24,710 nt of DNA, taken from assembly GCA_041497895.1 (NCBI GenBank), contig JBGQHJ010000068.1:1-24710 (forward strand). The letters run 5' to 3'. Positions 11,236 through 21,642 of the stretch are shown piece after piece. Under the pieces are notes generated by a model that searched no databases, had not been told where the DNA came from, and saw only the letters and a list, made by a program, of their open reading frames with translations. The stretch is from Candidatus Methylomirabilia bacterium. GTDB lineage: Bacteria; Methylomirabilota; Methylomirabilia; Rokubacteriales; CSP1-6. Position 1 is the stretch's first letter. Every line of letters begins with the position of its first letter. The position numbers and the translations under genes were made by a program.

Positions 11236-12115
11236 GCCTGCGCGCGCCCCCGGGCCAGCAGGCCGCCCATCGCGCCGAGCATGGCGCCGGCCGCGATCAG
11301 GGCCAGGGCGTGCAGCGGCGAGAGGAAGGTGACCCGCTCGAGGCCGATGGTGACCGGCAGGAGCGGCTCGAGGCGCGGCACCGTCACCGCGTAGGCGATC
11401 TCGAGGGTGGCCAGCGCCACGATGGCGGCCACCAGCCCCTGGGCCATACCCTGCAGCAGCCGCGGCCAGCGGATCACGCTCTCGGTGGCGCCGACCAGCC
11501 GCATGATCTCCATCTCGTCGCGCCGCAGGTGCAGCACCAGGGTGGTCGCGGTCGTCACGGTGAGGATCGCGGCCAGGGCCAGCACCGCGCCGACCACGAG
11601 GCCCACGCCCTGGAAGAGGCGACGGAACTGCTCGAGCCCGTCGACCCACTGGCTGCCCCCCTGCACCTCCTCCACCTCCGGCAGCGCGATGAGCCGTCCC
11701 ACCAGCGCGCGGGTGCCCTCGGGCGTCGCGATGGCCGCGTCGGGCGTCACCTCCACCGAGGCGGGCAGCGGATTGCGAGGAAGCTGGTCGGCCACGTCGG
11801 CCTGGCTCCCCAGCGAGCGCTTCAGCGCGCGGAGGGCGTCGGCCTTGGACACGAAGCGCAGCCGCTGGATCCCGCCGACCGCCTCGATTCGCTGCATCAC
11901 CTCGTCGAGCCTGGCCGCGGGCGGCTCGTCCTTCAGGTAGACGATCACCCGCACGCGATCGCCCCACTGGTCGATGGCGCGCCCGAGGTTGAGCGAGAGG
12001 AGCCAGAAGCCGCCCAGCGCGGTGAGCGAGAGCGCGATGAGGAGAATCGCGCTGATCCCGACGCGGCCGGCGCGCCGCAGGTCGCGCATCGCCTCGTTGA
12101 AGACGAAGCTCAGCA

Positions 12116-12116
<1 letters not shown>
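11232..12116 (-). CDS. ftsX: Cell division permease FtsX
   Basis: TM1, periplasmic domain with VYLKD / FVSKADAL / NPLPASVEV, RRDEMEIMRLVGAT..IRWP, further TMs; follows ftsE. Confidence 0.95.
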
Positions 12117-12787
<671 letters not shown>

Positions 12788-12799
12788 GGGCTGCCTTCC

Positions 12800-12805
12800 A
12801 TCTTA
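12800..12805 (-). promoter_or_regulatory. Possible -10 element (TAAGAT) for ftsE
   Basis: TAAGAT lies in a locally AT-rich patch 12 nt upstream of the ftsE ATG; no good -35. Confidence 0.3.
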
Positions 12806-12814
12806 CCTAACTAT

Positions 12815-14272
12815 TCAGACTTTCGGTAGTTTCTCGGTCAGAAGGCGGTTGACGAGGGCCGGGTTCGCCTTGCCCTGCGTGGCCTTCATCACCTGGCCCA
12901 CCAGGAAGCCCAGCGCGGCCTTCTTCCCGGCCCGGTAGTCCTCCACGACCTTGGCGTGCTCGCCGAGCACCCGGTCCACCGCGGCGCCGAGCGCGCCCTC
13001 GTCGGCCACCTGGGTCAGCCCCTCGCGGCTCACGATGGCCTGGGCGGTGTCGCCCGAGCGGTACATCTTCTCGAACACGTCCTTCGCGATCTTTCCGCTG
13101 ATGGTGCCGTCGTCGATCAGGGCCAGCAGCCCGACCAGATTGGCGGGCGGGATCGGGCAGGCGCCGATCGCCCGGTCGTCGTCGGCCGGAAGCTCGCGGA
13201 GCAGCTCGTTGAGCACCCAGTTGGCCACGCCCTTGGGCTTGCCGGACGCGCGCGCGGCCGCCTCGAAGTAGTCGGCCAGGCCGCGCCCGTCGGTCAGCAG
13301 GTCGGCCTCGTAGGCCGACAGCGCGTAGGCGGACTGGAAGCGGGCGCGGCGCGCCTCGGGCAGCTCGGGCAGGCGCGACCGCACCTCCTCCACCCAGGCC
13401 CCTTGCACGTCGAGCGGTGGCAGGTCGGGCTCGGGGAAGTAGCGGTAGTCGTGGGCGAACTCCTTCGAGCGCATCGAGACCGTCACCGCCCGGTCCGGGT
13501 CCCACAGCCGGGTCTCCTGCACGATCCGTTGGCCGGTATCGAGCGCGCGGGTCTGCCGCTTGATCTCGTACTCGAGCGCGTCGCGGACGTTGCGGAACGA
13601 GTTCATGTTCTTGATCTCGACCTTGGTCCCGTACTCCGCCTGCCCGCGCGGCCGGAGCGAGACGTTGGCGTCGCAGCGCAGGGAACCCTCTTCCATGTTG
13701 CCGTCGCACACCCGGAGGTAGATCAGGATGGCGCGCAGGGCCCGGAGATAGGCCGCGGCCTCGTCGGGGCTCCGCAGGTCGGGCTTGGAGACGATCTCCA
13801 TCAGGGGCACGCCGGCCCGGTTGTAGTCCACGCTGCTCGACTGCGCGGTCTCGAGCGCGCCCTCGTGGAGCAGCTTGCCCACGTCCTCCTCGAGGTGCAC
13901 GCGCTGGATGCCGATCTCCCGCGCGCCCAGGCCCGCGTCGACCACCAGACGCCCGTGCTCCGCCAGCGGCTCCTCATACTGACTGATCTGGTAGTTCTTC
14001 GGCATGTCCGGGTAGTAGTAGTGCTTGCGCGCGAACCGGTTGTGCGCGTTGATCCCGCAGCCGATCGCGAGCGCGGTCATGATGCCGAACTCCACCGCGC
14101 GCCGGTTGATCACCGGCAGCGAGCCGGGCATCCCCTGGCAGACCGGGCACGTCCGGGTGTTGGGTGGGGCGCCGAACTCCGCCCGGCAGCCGCAGAACAT
14201 CTTGGTGACGGTCGCGAGCTGGGCGTGGACCTCGAGGCCTATTATGGTCTCGTAGCGCGGGGCGTCGGTCAT
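12815..14272 (-). CDS. gatB: Asp/Glu-tRNA amidotransferase subunit B
   Basis: [71 protein letters not shown]-terminal YqeY-like domain. Confidence 0.98.
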   Translation of the reverse strand: MTDAPRYETIIGLEVHAQLATVTKMFCGCRAEFGAPPNTRTCPVCQGMPGSLPVINRRAVEFGIMTALAIGCGINAHNRFARKHYYYPDMPKNYQISQYEEPLAEHGRLVVDAGLGAREIGIQRVHLEEDVGKLLHEGALETAQSSSVDYNRAGVPLMEIVSKPDLRSPDEAAAYLRALRAILIYLRVCDGNMEEGSLRCDANVSLRPRGQAEYGTKVEIKNMNSFRNVRDALEYEIKRQTRALDTGQRIVQETRLWDPDRAVTVSMRSKEFAHDYRYFPEPDLPPLDVQGAWVEEVRSRLPELPEARRARFQSAYALSAYEADLLTDGRGLADYFEAAARASGKPKGVANWVLNELLRELPADDDRAIGACPIPPANLVGLLALIDDGTISGKIAKDVFEKMYRSGDTAQAIVSREGLTQVADEGALGAAVDRVLGEHAKVVEDYRAGKKAALGFLVGQVMKATQGKANPALVNRLLTEKLPKV

Positions 14273-15732
14273 GGCAGTGCGGGCCGGCGGGTGTGCCAGT
14301 CGGTGACGCCCTGGTAGGCGTGCGCGGCGCGCAGGAGCGTGGCCTCGTCGAAGGCGGGCGCGATGAGCTGGAGCCCGATCGGCAGCCCGGCCCCGGTGAA
14401 CCCGCCCGGGATCGACACGCCGGGCAGCCCGGCCAGGTTCACCGGGATCGTGAAGATGTCGTTCAGGTACATCTGGAGCGGGTCGGCCTTCTCACCCATC
14501 TTGAACGCCACCCCGGGGGTGGTGGGGGCCACGATCAGGTCCACCCGCGCGAACGCCTGATCGAAATCGCGCCGCACCAGCGTGCGCACCTTCTGGGCCT
14601 GGCCGTAGTAGGCGTCGTAGTAGCCGGCGGAGAGCACGTAGGTGCCCAGCATCACCCGCCGCTTCACCTCGGCGCCGAAGCCGGCCGCGCGCGTCTTGCT
14701 GTACATGTCGATCAGGTCGCGCGCCCCGGACGCGCGCAGCCCGTACTTCACGCCGTCGTAGCGCGCGAGGTTCGACGAGGCCTCCGCGGGCGCGATGACG
14801 TAGTAGGCGGCCAGCCCGTACTCGGTGTGGGGCAGCGACACCGGCTCGGTGCGGGCGCCCAGCTTCTCGAGGGTGGTGATCGCTACGCGCACCGCCCGCT
14901 CCACCTCGGGATCCATGCCGTCCATGAAGTACTCGGCGGGTACCCCGAGGCGCAGCCCGTCGATCCCCTGCCCGAGCGCGGCCCGGTAGTCGGGGACCGG
15001 GACGTCGATCGCGGTGGCGTCCATCGGATCGGCGCCCGCGATGGCCCCGAGCAGCAGGGCGGCGTCCTCCGCGTCGCGGGCGAAGGGCCCGACCTGGTCG
15101 AGCGAGGAAGCGAACGCGATGAGCCCGTACCGCGACACCCGTCCGTAGGTCGGCTTCATCCCGAGCACGCCCGAGAACGCGGCGGGCTGCCGGATGGAGC
15201 CGCCGGTGTCGGTGCCGAGCGTGAGCGGGGCCATGCCGGCCGCCACCGCGGCCGCCGCGCCGCCGGAGGACCCACCCGGCACGCGGGCCAGGTCCCACGG
15301 GTTGTGGGTGGCGAAGAACGCGGAGTGCTCGGTGGAGGAGCCCATCGCGAACTCGTCCATGTTGAGCTTGCCGAGCAGGACCGCGCCGGCCGCGAAGAGC
15401 CGCGCGACCACCGTCGCGTCGTACGGGGGGACGAACCGCTCCAGGATCTTCGAGCCGCAGGTGGTGCGGATCCCCCGGGTGCAGAGCACGTCCTTGAGCG
15501 CGATCGGCACGCCGTCGAGCGGGCCGCGAGGGGAGCCGGCCCGGAAGCGGGCGTCGGCCTCCGCGGCGCGCCGGAGTGCGTCCTCGCGGGTCACGGTGAG
15601 GAAGGCGCGCACGCGCGGATCGACGGACTCGATGCGCGCCAGATGCTCCGTGACCGCCTGGGTGGGGGTGGTCTCGCCGCTCCGGTACCGGGCACCGAGC
15701 TCGTGAGCGGTCAGCGCGTGGAGCTCCGGCAT
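14269..15732 (-). CDS. gatA: Asp/Glu-tRNA amidotransferase subunit A
   Basis: [71 protein letters not shown]. Confidence 0.98.
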   Translation of the reverse strand: MPELHALTAHELGARYRSGETTPTQAVTEHLARIESVDPRVRAFLTVTREDALRRAAEADARFRAGSPRGPLDGVPIALKDVLCTRGIRTTCGSKILERFVPPYDATVVARLFAAGAVLLGKLNMDEFAMGSSTEHSAFFATHNPWDLARVPGGSSGGAAAAVAAGMAPLTLGTDTGGSIRQPAAFSGVLGMKPTYGRVSRYGLIAFASSLDQVGPFARDAEDAALLLGAIAGADPMDATAIDVPVPDYRAALGQGIDGLRLGVPAEYFMDGMDPEVERAVRVAITTLEKLGARTEPVSLPHTEYGLAAYYVIAPAEASSNLARYDGVKYGLRASGARDLIDMYSKTRAAGFGAEVKRRVMLGTYVLSAGYYDAYYGQAQKVRTLVRRDFDQAFARVDLIVAPTTPGVAFKMGEKADPLQMYLNDIFTIPVNLAGLPGVSIPGGFTGAGLPIGLQLIAPAFDEATLLRAAHAYQGVTDWHTRRPALP

Positions 15733-16038
15733 CTACTCCTCGATGATCTTGGGGACGCGGAACATGTCGCGATGGCGGTCGGGGGCGTTGGCCAGCATGT
15801 CCTCCTGGGGCAGGGACGGGCGCTCGACGTCGTCTCGCATCACGTTGGTGACCGGCACCGCGTGGGAAGTCGGCTCGACGTCGCGCGTGTCGAGGGCGCC
15901 GAGCTTGTCGATGTAGGACAGGATGCCGTCCAGCTCGCTGCGCATCCGCTCCTTGTCGGCGGCGGAGAGCTCGAGGCGCGCGAGACGGGCCACGTGGTCG
16001 ACGTCCTCGAGACTGATCCTGGTTTTCGGTGGGGCCAC
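15733..16038 (-). CDS. gatC: Asp/Glu-tRNA amidotransferase subunit C
   Basis: ISLEDVDHVARLARL, VEPTSH, NVMRDD, NAP...FRVPKII; abuts gatA. Confidence 0.96.
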   Translation of the reverse strand: MAPPKTRISLEDVDHVARLARLELSAADKERMRSELDGILSYIDKLGALDTRDVEPTSHAVPVTNVMRDDVERPSLPQEDMLANAPDRHRDMFRVPKIIEE

Positions 16039-16040
16039 GG

Positions 16041-16139
16041 TTAGCTTCTCTTCATCTTCAACATGGCTGAGCCATGTTGACCGTGGGCGAGAGAGTCGCG
16101 GCGACCCGCTGTTGCTCTCGTCACCCGGGAGCGGGTCAT
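16041..16139 (-). other. Putative 32-aa spacer ORF between pcrA and gatC
   Basis: ATG overlaps the pcrA TGA (ATGA, 16139-16136); TAA ends 2 nt before the gatC GTG. Sequence MTRSRVTRATAGRRDSLAHGQHGSAMLKMKRS. Confidence 0.35.
16058..16080. repeat. Perfect 23-bp palindrome TCAACATGGCT-G-AGCCATGTTGA
   Basis: 11-bp arms that are exact reverse complements around one central base. Confidence 0.9.
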
Positions 16140-18313
16140 AGCTCCTCGAGGTGGGCGTACTGGAGGGAGAGGCGCTTGCGGCCGACGCTGGCGAAGTGGA
16201 CGGTGGCGATCACGTCGGAGCCCTCGCGCTCCATGCCCACGAGAAGGCCCTCGCCCCAGCGCGCGTGGCGGAGCTTGGCCCCCAAGCGAAACGGGAAGTC
16301 GTCGCCGGAATCGATCGGAGCCGAGGGCAGCGCGGGAGCGACCGGCTCCGGGCGGCGCGCGTTGATCAGGTGGAGCTGCTCCTCCGGGATCTCGAGGAGG
16401 AAGCGCGAGGGCTCGGCGACCCCGTAGCCCTGGATACGGCGGTGAAGCGCGTAGGAGAGCAGCAGCCGCTCGCGGGCCCGGGTGATACCCACGTAGCAGA
16501 GGCGCCGCTCCTCCTCGAGCTCCTCCGGCTCCAGCATCGAGCGTGAGTGCGGGAAGATCCCTTCCTCGAGCCCGGTGAGGAAGACCACCGGGAACTCGAG
16601 CCCCTTGGCCGAGTGGAGCGTCATCAGCGTCACCCCGCCCGCCTCCGGGTCGATCTCGTCGGTGTCGGCCACCAGCGCGATCGAGTCGACGAAGGCCTCG
16701 AGGGTCACCGGCTCGAGCCCGGCCGCCTGCTGGGTGACGATGAACTCCTCGGACGCGGCCACCAGCTCCTCCAGGTTCTCGAGCCGGGCCTGGGCCTCGG
16801 CGGTGCGCTCGGCCTTCAGCGCCTCGCGGTAGCCCGAGGCCGCGCACACCTCGTCGATGAGGGCGGGCACGGTCAGCCCGCTCCGGCGCTCGGCCAGGCG
16901 GGCGATCAGCCCGGCGAAGTCCTCCAGCGCGCGGCGCGGCTTGCCGGTGATGTCGGGCGGCATCGTGGCGCACACGGCGAGGAGCGGAACGCCCGCCGCG
17001 CGGGCCCCGTCGGCCAGGCGATCGAGGGTGGCCTTGCCGATCCCGCGCGCGGGAGCGGCCACCGCGCGGCGGAAGGCGACATCGTCGAGGGGGTTCGACA
17101 GGAGGCGGAGGTAGGCCACCACGTCCCGGATCTCGCGGCGCTCGTAGAAGCGGACGCCGCCCACGATCAGGTAGGGGACGCCGGCGCGGCGCAGCGCGTC
17201 CTCCAGCACGCGCGACTGGGCGTTGGTGCGGTAGAACACCGCCATGTCGCGGTAGTCGCGCCCCTCGCCCCGGAGCGCGCGCACCTTCTGGGCGACGAAG
17301 GCGGACTCCTCGTTCTCGTCCCACGCGCGGTAGACCTGCGCGCGCTCGCCCTCGTGGTTCTCGGTCCACAGCCGCTTGTCCTTGCGCGCGGTATTGTTGA
17401 CGATGACCGCGGAGGCGATACCGAGGATCCGCTTGGTCGACCGGTAGTTCTGCTCGAGCGCCACCACCCGGCAGTCCGGGTAGTCCTTCTCGAAATCGAG
17501 GATGTTGCGGAGATCGGCCCCGCGCCACCGGTACACCGACTGGTCGGGGTCGCCCACCACGCAGAGGTTCCGGTGCTCCTCGGTGAGCAGCTGCACGATG
17601 CGGTACTGCGCACGGTTGGTGTCCTGGTACTCGTCGACCAGGACGTGGCTCCAGAGCGTGCGGTACCAGCGCAGCGCCTCCGGCACCGTCTCGAGCAGGC
17701 GCACCACCCGGAGCAGCAGGTCGTCGAAGTCGAGCGCGCCGGCGGCCTGGAGCTTCTGCTCGTAGAGCCGGTAGAGCGAGGCGATGCGCTCCTCGCGCGG
17801 GGTGCGAGCGAGCTGCTCCACGTCGGCCGGGGTCAGCATCTGGTTCTTGCAGTGGCTGATCCGGTGCACGACCGTGCTCGGGGTGAGCGTCCGCTCGTCG
17901 AAGTCGAGCTCGCGCAGCGCCTCCTTGACCAGGCTCTGCCGGTCGTCCTCGTCGTAGATCACGAAGGACGGCGGCAGCCCGGCGTGGACCGCGCGCTCTC
18001 GCAGGATGCGCACGCAGGCGGAGTGGAAGGTGGCGATGAGCGGGGGCCGGATCCCGGCCGGCAGCAGCAGGTCCTCCACCCGGTGCCGCATCTCCGCGGC
18101 CGCCTTGTTGGTGAAGGTCACCGCCAGCACGTGGCGCGGGCCGACGCCCTCCACCGCGAGCAGGTAGGCGATCCGGTGGGCGATGACGCGGGTCTTGCCA
18201 CTGCCGGCTCCGGCCAGGACCAGCACCGGGCCCTTCGTCGTCGTGACCGCCTCGCGCTGGGGGGGGTTCAGGGGCGCGAGGAGACTCTCGGCGGTCACTG
18301 CTGGGTGCGGCAT
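16136..18313 (-). CDS. pcrA: SF1 DNA helicase PcrA/UvrD
   Basis: LAGAGSGKT, TFTNKAA, VDEYQDTN, VGDPDQSVYRWRGA, LEQNYRS, YRTNAQSR, TLHSAKGLEF, EERRLCYVGITRA, C-terminal Tudor-like GAKLRHARWGEG. Start uncertain (ATG 18313 preferred). Confidence 0.95.
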   Translation of the reverse strand: MPHPAVTAESLLAPLNPPQREAVTTTKGPVLVLAGAGSGKTRVIAHRIAYLLAVEGVGPRHVLAVTFTNKAAAEMRHRVEDLLLPAGIRPPLIATFHSACVRILRERAVHAGLPPSFVIYDEDDRQSLVKEALRELDFDERTLTPSTVVHRISHCKNQMLTPADVEQLARTPREERIASLYRLYEQKLQAAGALDFDDLLLRVVRLLETVPEALRWYRTLWSHVLVDEYQDTNRAQYRIVQLLTEEHRNLCVVGDPDQSVYRWRGADLRNILDFEKDYPDCRVVALEQNYRSTKRILGIASAVIVNNTARKDKRLWTENHEGERAQVYRAWDENEESAFVAQKVRALRGEGRDYRDMAVFYRTNAQSRVLEDALRRAGVPYLIVGGVRFYERREIRDVVAYLRLLSNPLDDVAFRRAVAAPARGIGKATLDRLADGARAAGVPLLAVCATMPPDITGKPRRALEDFAGLIARLAERRSGLTVPALIDEVCAASGYREALKAERTAEAQARLENLEELVAASEEFIVTQQAAGLEPVTLEAFVDSIALVADTDEIDPEAGGVTLMTLHSAKGLEFPVVFLTGLEEGIFPHSRSMLEPEELEEERRLCYVGITRARERLLLSYALHRRIQGYGVAEPSRFLLEIPEEQLHLINARRPEPVAPALPSAPIDSGDDFPFRLGAKLRHARWGEGLLVGMEREGSDVIATVHFASVGRKRLSLQYAHLEEL

Positions 18314-18321
18314 GGAGGCTA

Positions 18322-18332
18322 ACGTTACCACA
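18322..18332 (-). promoter_or_regulatory. Possible extended -10 promoter (TGTGGTAACGT) for pcrA
   Basis: TGnTAACGT 8 nt upstream of ATG 18313; no SD between them. Confidence 0.4.
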
Positions 18333-18348
18333 ACCACGAGGGGTCGTG

Positions 18349-18384
18349 CCCCTCCCCCTGCCCTCTCCCCGGTGGGGAGAGGGT
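18349..18384. repeat. BoxC/REP-like element: pyrimidine tail plus 10-bp perfect hairpin
   Basis: CCCCTCCCCCTG followed by CCCTCTCCCC-GGT-GGGGAGAGGG (18361-18383), just downstream of the glmS stop. Confidence 0.7.
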
Positions 18385-18389
18385 GACGG

Positions 18390-20228
18390 CTACTCGACGG
18401 TCACCGACTTGGCGAGGTTCCGGGGCTGGTCGACATCGCGCCCGAGGCGCACCGCCATGTGATAGGCCAGGAGCTGCATCGGGATCGCCAGCAGCATCGG
18501 GGTGAGCAGGTCGCCCGCGACCGGCACCGAGAGCATGATGTCGGCCTTGGCGCGGAGCTCGCGATCCCCCTCGTGGCCGATCGCGATCACCCGTCCCTCG
18601 CGCGCCCGCACCTCCTCGAGGTTGCCCATCATGCGGTCGTAGGACGAGTCGCGGGGATTGAGCGCGATGACCGGGAACCCGTCCTCGAGCAGCGCGATCG
18701 GCCCATGCTTCATCTCGCCGGCCGGGTAGCCCTCCGCGTGTACGTAGGAGAGCTCCTTGAGCTTGAGCGCGCCTTCCAGCGCGAGCGGATAATTGATCCC
18801 GCGGCCCAGGAAGAGGAAGTTCTTGTGGCGCGAGACCTCGCGGGCCAGCTCGGCCACCGCGTTCTCCATCTCGAGCGTCTGCTCCATCAGCCGCGGCAGC
18901 TCGAGCAGGCCCTGGATGTGCTTGCGGCCGTCCTCGGCCAGCAGCACGCCCCGGCGACGGCCCAGCCACAGGGCCATCAGGTAGCAGGCGACCAGCGTGG
19001 CGGTGAAGGTCTTGGAAGACGCCACCCCGATCTCGGGGCCGGCGTGGGTGTACAGCGTGCCGGTGGCCTCTCGCGAGAGCGCGGAGCCGACCACGTTGGT
19101 GATGCCCACGATCGGGGCGCCCTTGGCCCGCGCCGCCTTGACCGCCCCCAGGGTGTCCGCGGTCTCGCCGGACTGTGACAGCGCGATCACGAGGGTCTCC
19201 GGGCCCAGCACCGCGTCGCGGTAGCGGAACTCGGAGCCGATGTCGACCTCGGACGCGATGCCGGCCAGGCGCTCCATCATGAAGCGGCCGACGATGGCCG
19301 CGTGATAGGAGGTCCCGCAGGCCACCAGGACGATTCGCTGGATGCCGGCGACCACCTCGGGATCGAGGTGCACGTCCGGCAGCACCACCGTGCCCCCCTC
19401 GAGCTGGACGCGGCCCCGCATGGTGTCGGCGGCGGCGCGCGGCTGCTCGAAGATTTCCTTCAACATGAAATGGCGGTACCCCCCCTTCTCGGCCATGATC
19501 GGATCCCACAGGATCCGGCTCGGGGCCCGCTGCACCGGGGCGCCGTCGAGGTCGGTGATCTCGACCCCGGCGCGGGTGATGATCGCGACGTCCTCGTCCT
19601 CCAGCACGACCACGTCGCGGGTGTGGGAGAGGATGGCCGGGATGTCGGAGGCGAGGAAGGTCTCGTTCTCGCCGAGCCCCACCACCACGCTGCCCGCGCC
19701 GAGCTTGGCCGCCACCAGGCGGTCGGGCATCCGGCGGTGGAGCACCACGATCGCGTAGGAGCCCCGCAGCTCGCGCAGGGCGCGGCGGACCGCCTCGTCC
19801 AGGCGCGGGGTGTCCTTGAGATGCCGCTCGATCAGGTGGGCGATGACCTCGGTGTCCGTCTCGGACTTGAAGACGTGGCCCTCGGCCTGCAGGCGCTCCT
19901 TGATCGGCAGGTAGTTCTCGATGATGCCGTTGTGCACCACGACCAGGTCGCCGGAGCCGTCGGTGTGCGGGTGCGCGTTCTCGTCGGTGGGCCGGCCGTG
20001 GGTCGCCCAGCGGGTGTGGCCGAGCCCGATGGGCCCGTCGATCGGCCGCTCCCGGAGAATGCCCTCCAGCACCTTGATGCGTCCGGCGGCCCGGCGGATC
20101 TGCAGCCCCTCGGGCCCGATCACCGCCACGCCCGCCGAGTCGTAGCCGCGGTACTCGAGCCGCTTGAGGCCCTCCAGCACGATCTCGGTCGCGCTCTTGT
20201 CCCCGACGTAGCCGACGATTCCACACAT
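18390..20228 (-). CDS. glmS: Glutamine--fructose-6-phosphate aminotransferase
   Basis: MCGIVG N-terminus, LEYRGYDSAG, GHTRWATHG, HNGIIEN, SQSGETAD, EGALKLKE, DQPRNLAKSVTVE C-terminus. Confidence 0.99.
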   Translation of the reverse strand: MCGIVGYVGDKSATEIVLEGLKRLEYRGYDSAGVAVIGPEGLQIRRAAGRIKVLEGILRERPIDGPIGLGHTRWATHGRPTDENAHPHTDGSGDLVVVHNGIIENYLPIKERLQAEGHVFKSETDTEVIAHLIERHLKDTPRLDEAVRRALRELRGSYAIVVLHRRMPDRLVAAKLGAGSVVVGLGENETFLASDIPAILSHTRDVVVLEDEDVAIITRAGVEITDLDGAPVQRAPSRILWDPIMAEKGGYRHFMLKEIFEQPRAAADTMRGRVQLEGGTVVLPDVHLDPEVVAGIQRIVLVACGTSYHAAIVGRFMMERLAGIASEVDIGSEFRYRDAVLGPETLVIALSQSGETADTLGAVKAARAKGAPIVGITNVVGSALSREATGTLYTHAGPEIGVASSKTFTATLVACYLMALWLGRRRGVLLAEDGRKHIQGLLELPRLMEQTLEMENAVAELAREVSRHKNFLFLGRGINYPLALEGALKLKELSYVHAEGYPAGEMKHGPIALLEDGFPVIALNPRDSSYDRMMGNLEEVRAREGRVIAIGHEGDRELRAKADIMLSVPVAGDLLTPMLLAIPMQLLAYHMAVRLGRDVDQPRNLAKSVTVE

Positions 20229-20232
20229 GGCG

Positions 20233-21627
20233 CTACTCCCCGTGCTTGGAGGACTTGTCCTTCTGCTTGCGCGAGACCCATCCCTCGCGCGTCTCCTGCC
20301 GGCCGCGCGCCACCGCCAGCGATCCCGGCGGGACGTTCTTGGTGATGACCGAGCCGGCCGCCACGTAGGCGCCTTCCCCGATCGTGAGCGGGGCCACCAG
20401 GCTCGAGTTCGTGCCCACGAACACCCGGTCGCCGATGACGGTCTCGTGCTTCTTCACGCCGTCGTAGTTGCAGGTGATGGTGCCCGCGCCCACGTTGACT
20501 CCCTCGCCCATCTGGGTGTCGCCCACGTACGAGAGGTGGGGGACCTTGGAGCCGCGGCCGATCCTGGACTTCTTGAGCTCGACGAAGTTGCCGATCTTGG
20601 CGTTGGCGCCCACGTGGCTCTGCGGCCGCAGGTGGCAGAAGGGACCGAGCTGGGCGCCGGTCTCGACGGTCGACTCGGCGAGCACGCAGTAGGGCTTGAG
20701 CAGGACCGAATCGGCGAGTGTGGTGTCGGTCACCTGGCAGCCCGCGCTCACCACGCAGTCGGCCCCCACGACGGTGCGCCCGGTCAGGCTCACGTTCGGG
20801 TGCAGCACGGTATCGATCCCGATCGTCACCGTGTCGTCGACGTAGGTGGTGGCCGGATCGACCACGGTCACCCCCGCGGCCATCAGACGGTCGAGGATGC
20901 GGCGGCGCATGATCCCGGCGAGCTCGGCCAGCTGCCGCCGGTCATTCACCCCTAAGCACTCATTCGCGTCGTCGGTGATCACCGCTTCCAGACGCTGGCC
21001 CTGGCGATGCAGGATGCCGATCACGTCGGTGAGGTAGTACTCGTGCTGCTCGTTGTCGGGCGTCACCTGGGCCAGGGCGGGCCAGAAGCGCCGGGCGTCG
21101 AAGCAGTACACACTGGTGCCGATCTCGCGGATCTGCCGCTCGACCGCCGTCGCGTCGCGATGCTCGACGATCCCGACCGGACGGCCGTGCTCCCGCACCA
21201 CGCGGCCGTAGCCGGTGGGATCCGCCACCTCGGCGGTGAGGAGGGTCGCGGCCGCGCCGCTCGCCACGTGGTGGTCGACCAGCCGCCTGAGGGTGGCCTC
21301 GGACAGCAGCGGCACGTCGCCCGGCAAGACCAGGACGGTGCCGGGAGCCTCGCCGCAGGCGACGTGCGCCTGCAGCACCGCGTGCCCGGTGCCGAGGCGC
21401 TCCTTCTGCTCGACGAACGCGGCGCCGATCTCGGGCGAGACCGCCGCCCGGACCTCGTCCGCCGCCCGCCCCACCACGACCACCACGCGGGCTCCGACCA
21501 TCCCCGCGGCGCCCACCGGATAGGCGATCAGCGGGCGGCCGCAGAGCGGGTGAAGGACCTTTGGACGGGCCGAACGCATCCGCTTGGCCTCGCCGGCTGC
21601 CAGAATGATGGCGGTGAGCTGGTTCAT
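20233..21627 (-). CDS. glmU: Bifunctional UDP-GlcNAc pyrophosphorylase / GlcN-1-P acetyltransferase
   Basis: ILAAG..RMRS..PKVLH, QKERLGTGHAV, GDVPLL, PTGYGRV, EYYLTD, GNFVELK, HLSYVGD, GAGTITCNYDG. Start may be 21627 or 21639. Confidence 0.97.
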   Translation of the reverse strand: MNQLTAIILAAGEAKRMRSARPKVLHPLCGRPLIAYPVGAAGMVGARVVVVVGRAADEVRAAVSPEIGAAFVEQKERLGTGHAVLQAHVACGEAPGTVLVLPGDVPLLSEATLRRLVDHHVASGAAATLLTAEVADPTGYGRVVREHGRPVGIVEHRDATAVERQIREIGTSVYCFDARRFWPALAQVTPDNEQHEYYLTDVIGILHRQGQRLEAVITDDANECLGVNDRRQLAELAGIMRRRILDRLMAAGVTVVDPATTYVDDTVTIGIDTVLHPNVSLTGRTVVGADCVVSAGCQVTDTTLADSVLLKPYCVLAESTVETGAQLGPFCHLRPQSHVGANAKIGNFVELKKSRIGRGSKVPHLSYVGDTQMGEGVNVGAGTITCNYDGVKKHETVIGDRVFVGTNSSLVAPLTIGEGAYVAAGSVITKNVPPGSLAVARGRQETREGWVSRKQKDKSSKHGE

Positions 21628-21642
21628 GGTACCGACCATGTT

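Noticed and set aside
11236..11967. 656-aa form of envC
   Set aside because: The upstream part overlaps ftsX out of frame; the signal peptide starts at ATG 11235.
20229..20232. glmS ribozyme
   Set aside because: Only 4 nt separate glmU and glmS, so there is no room for it.
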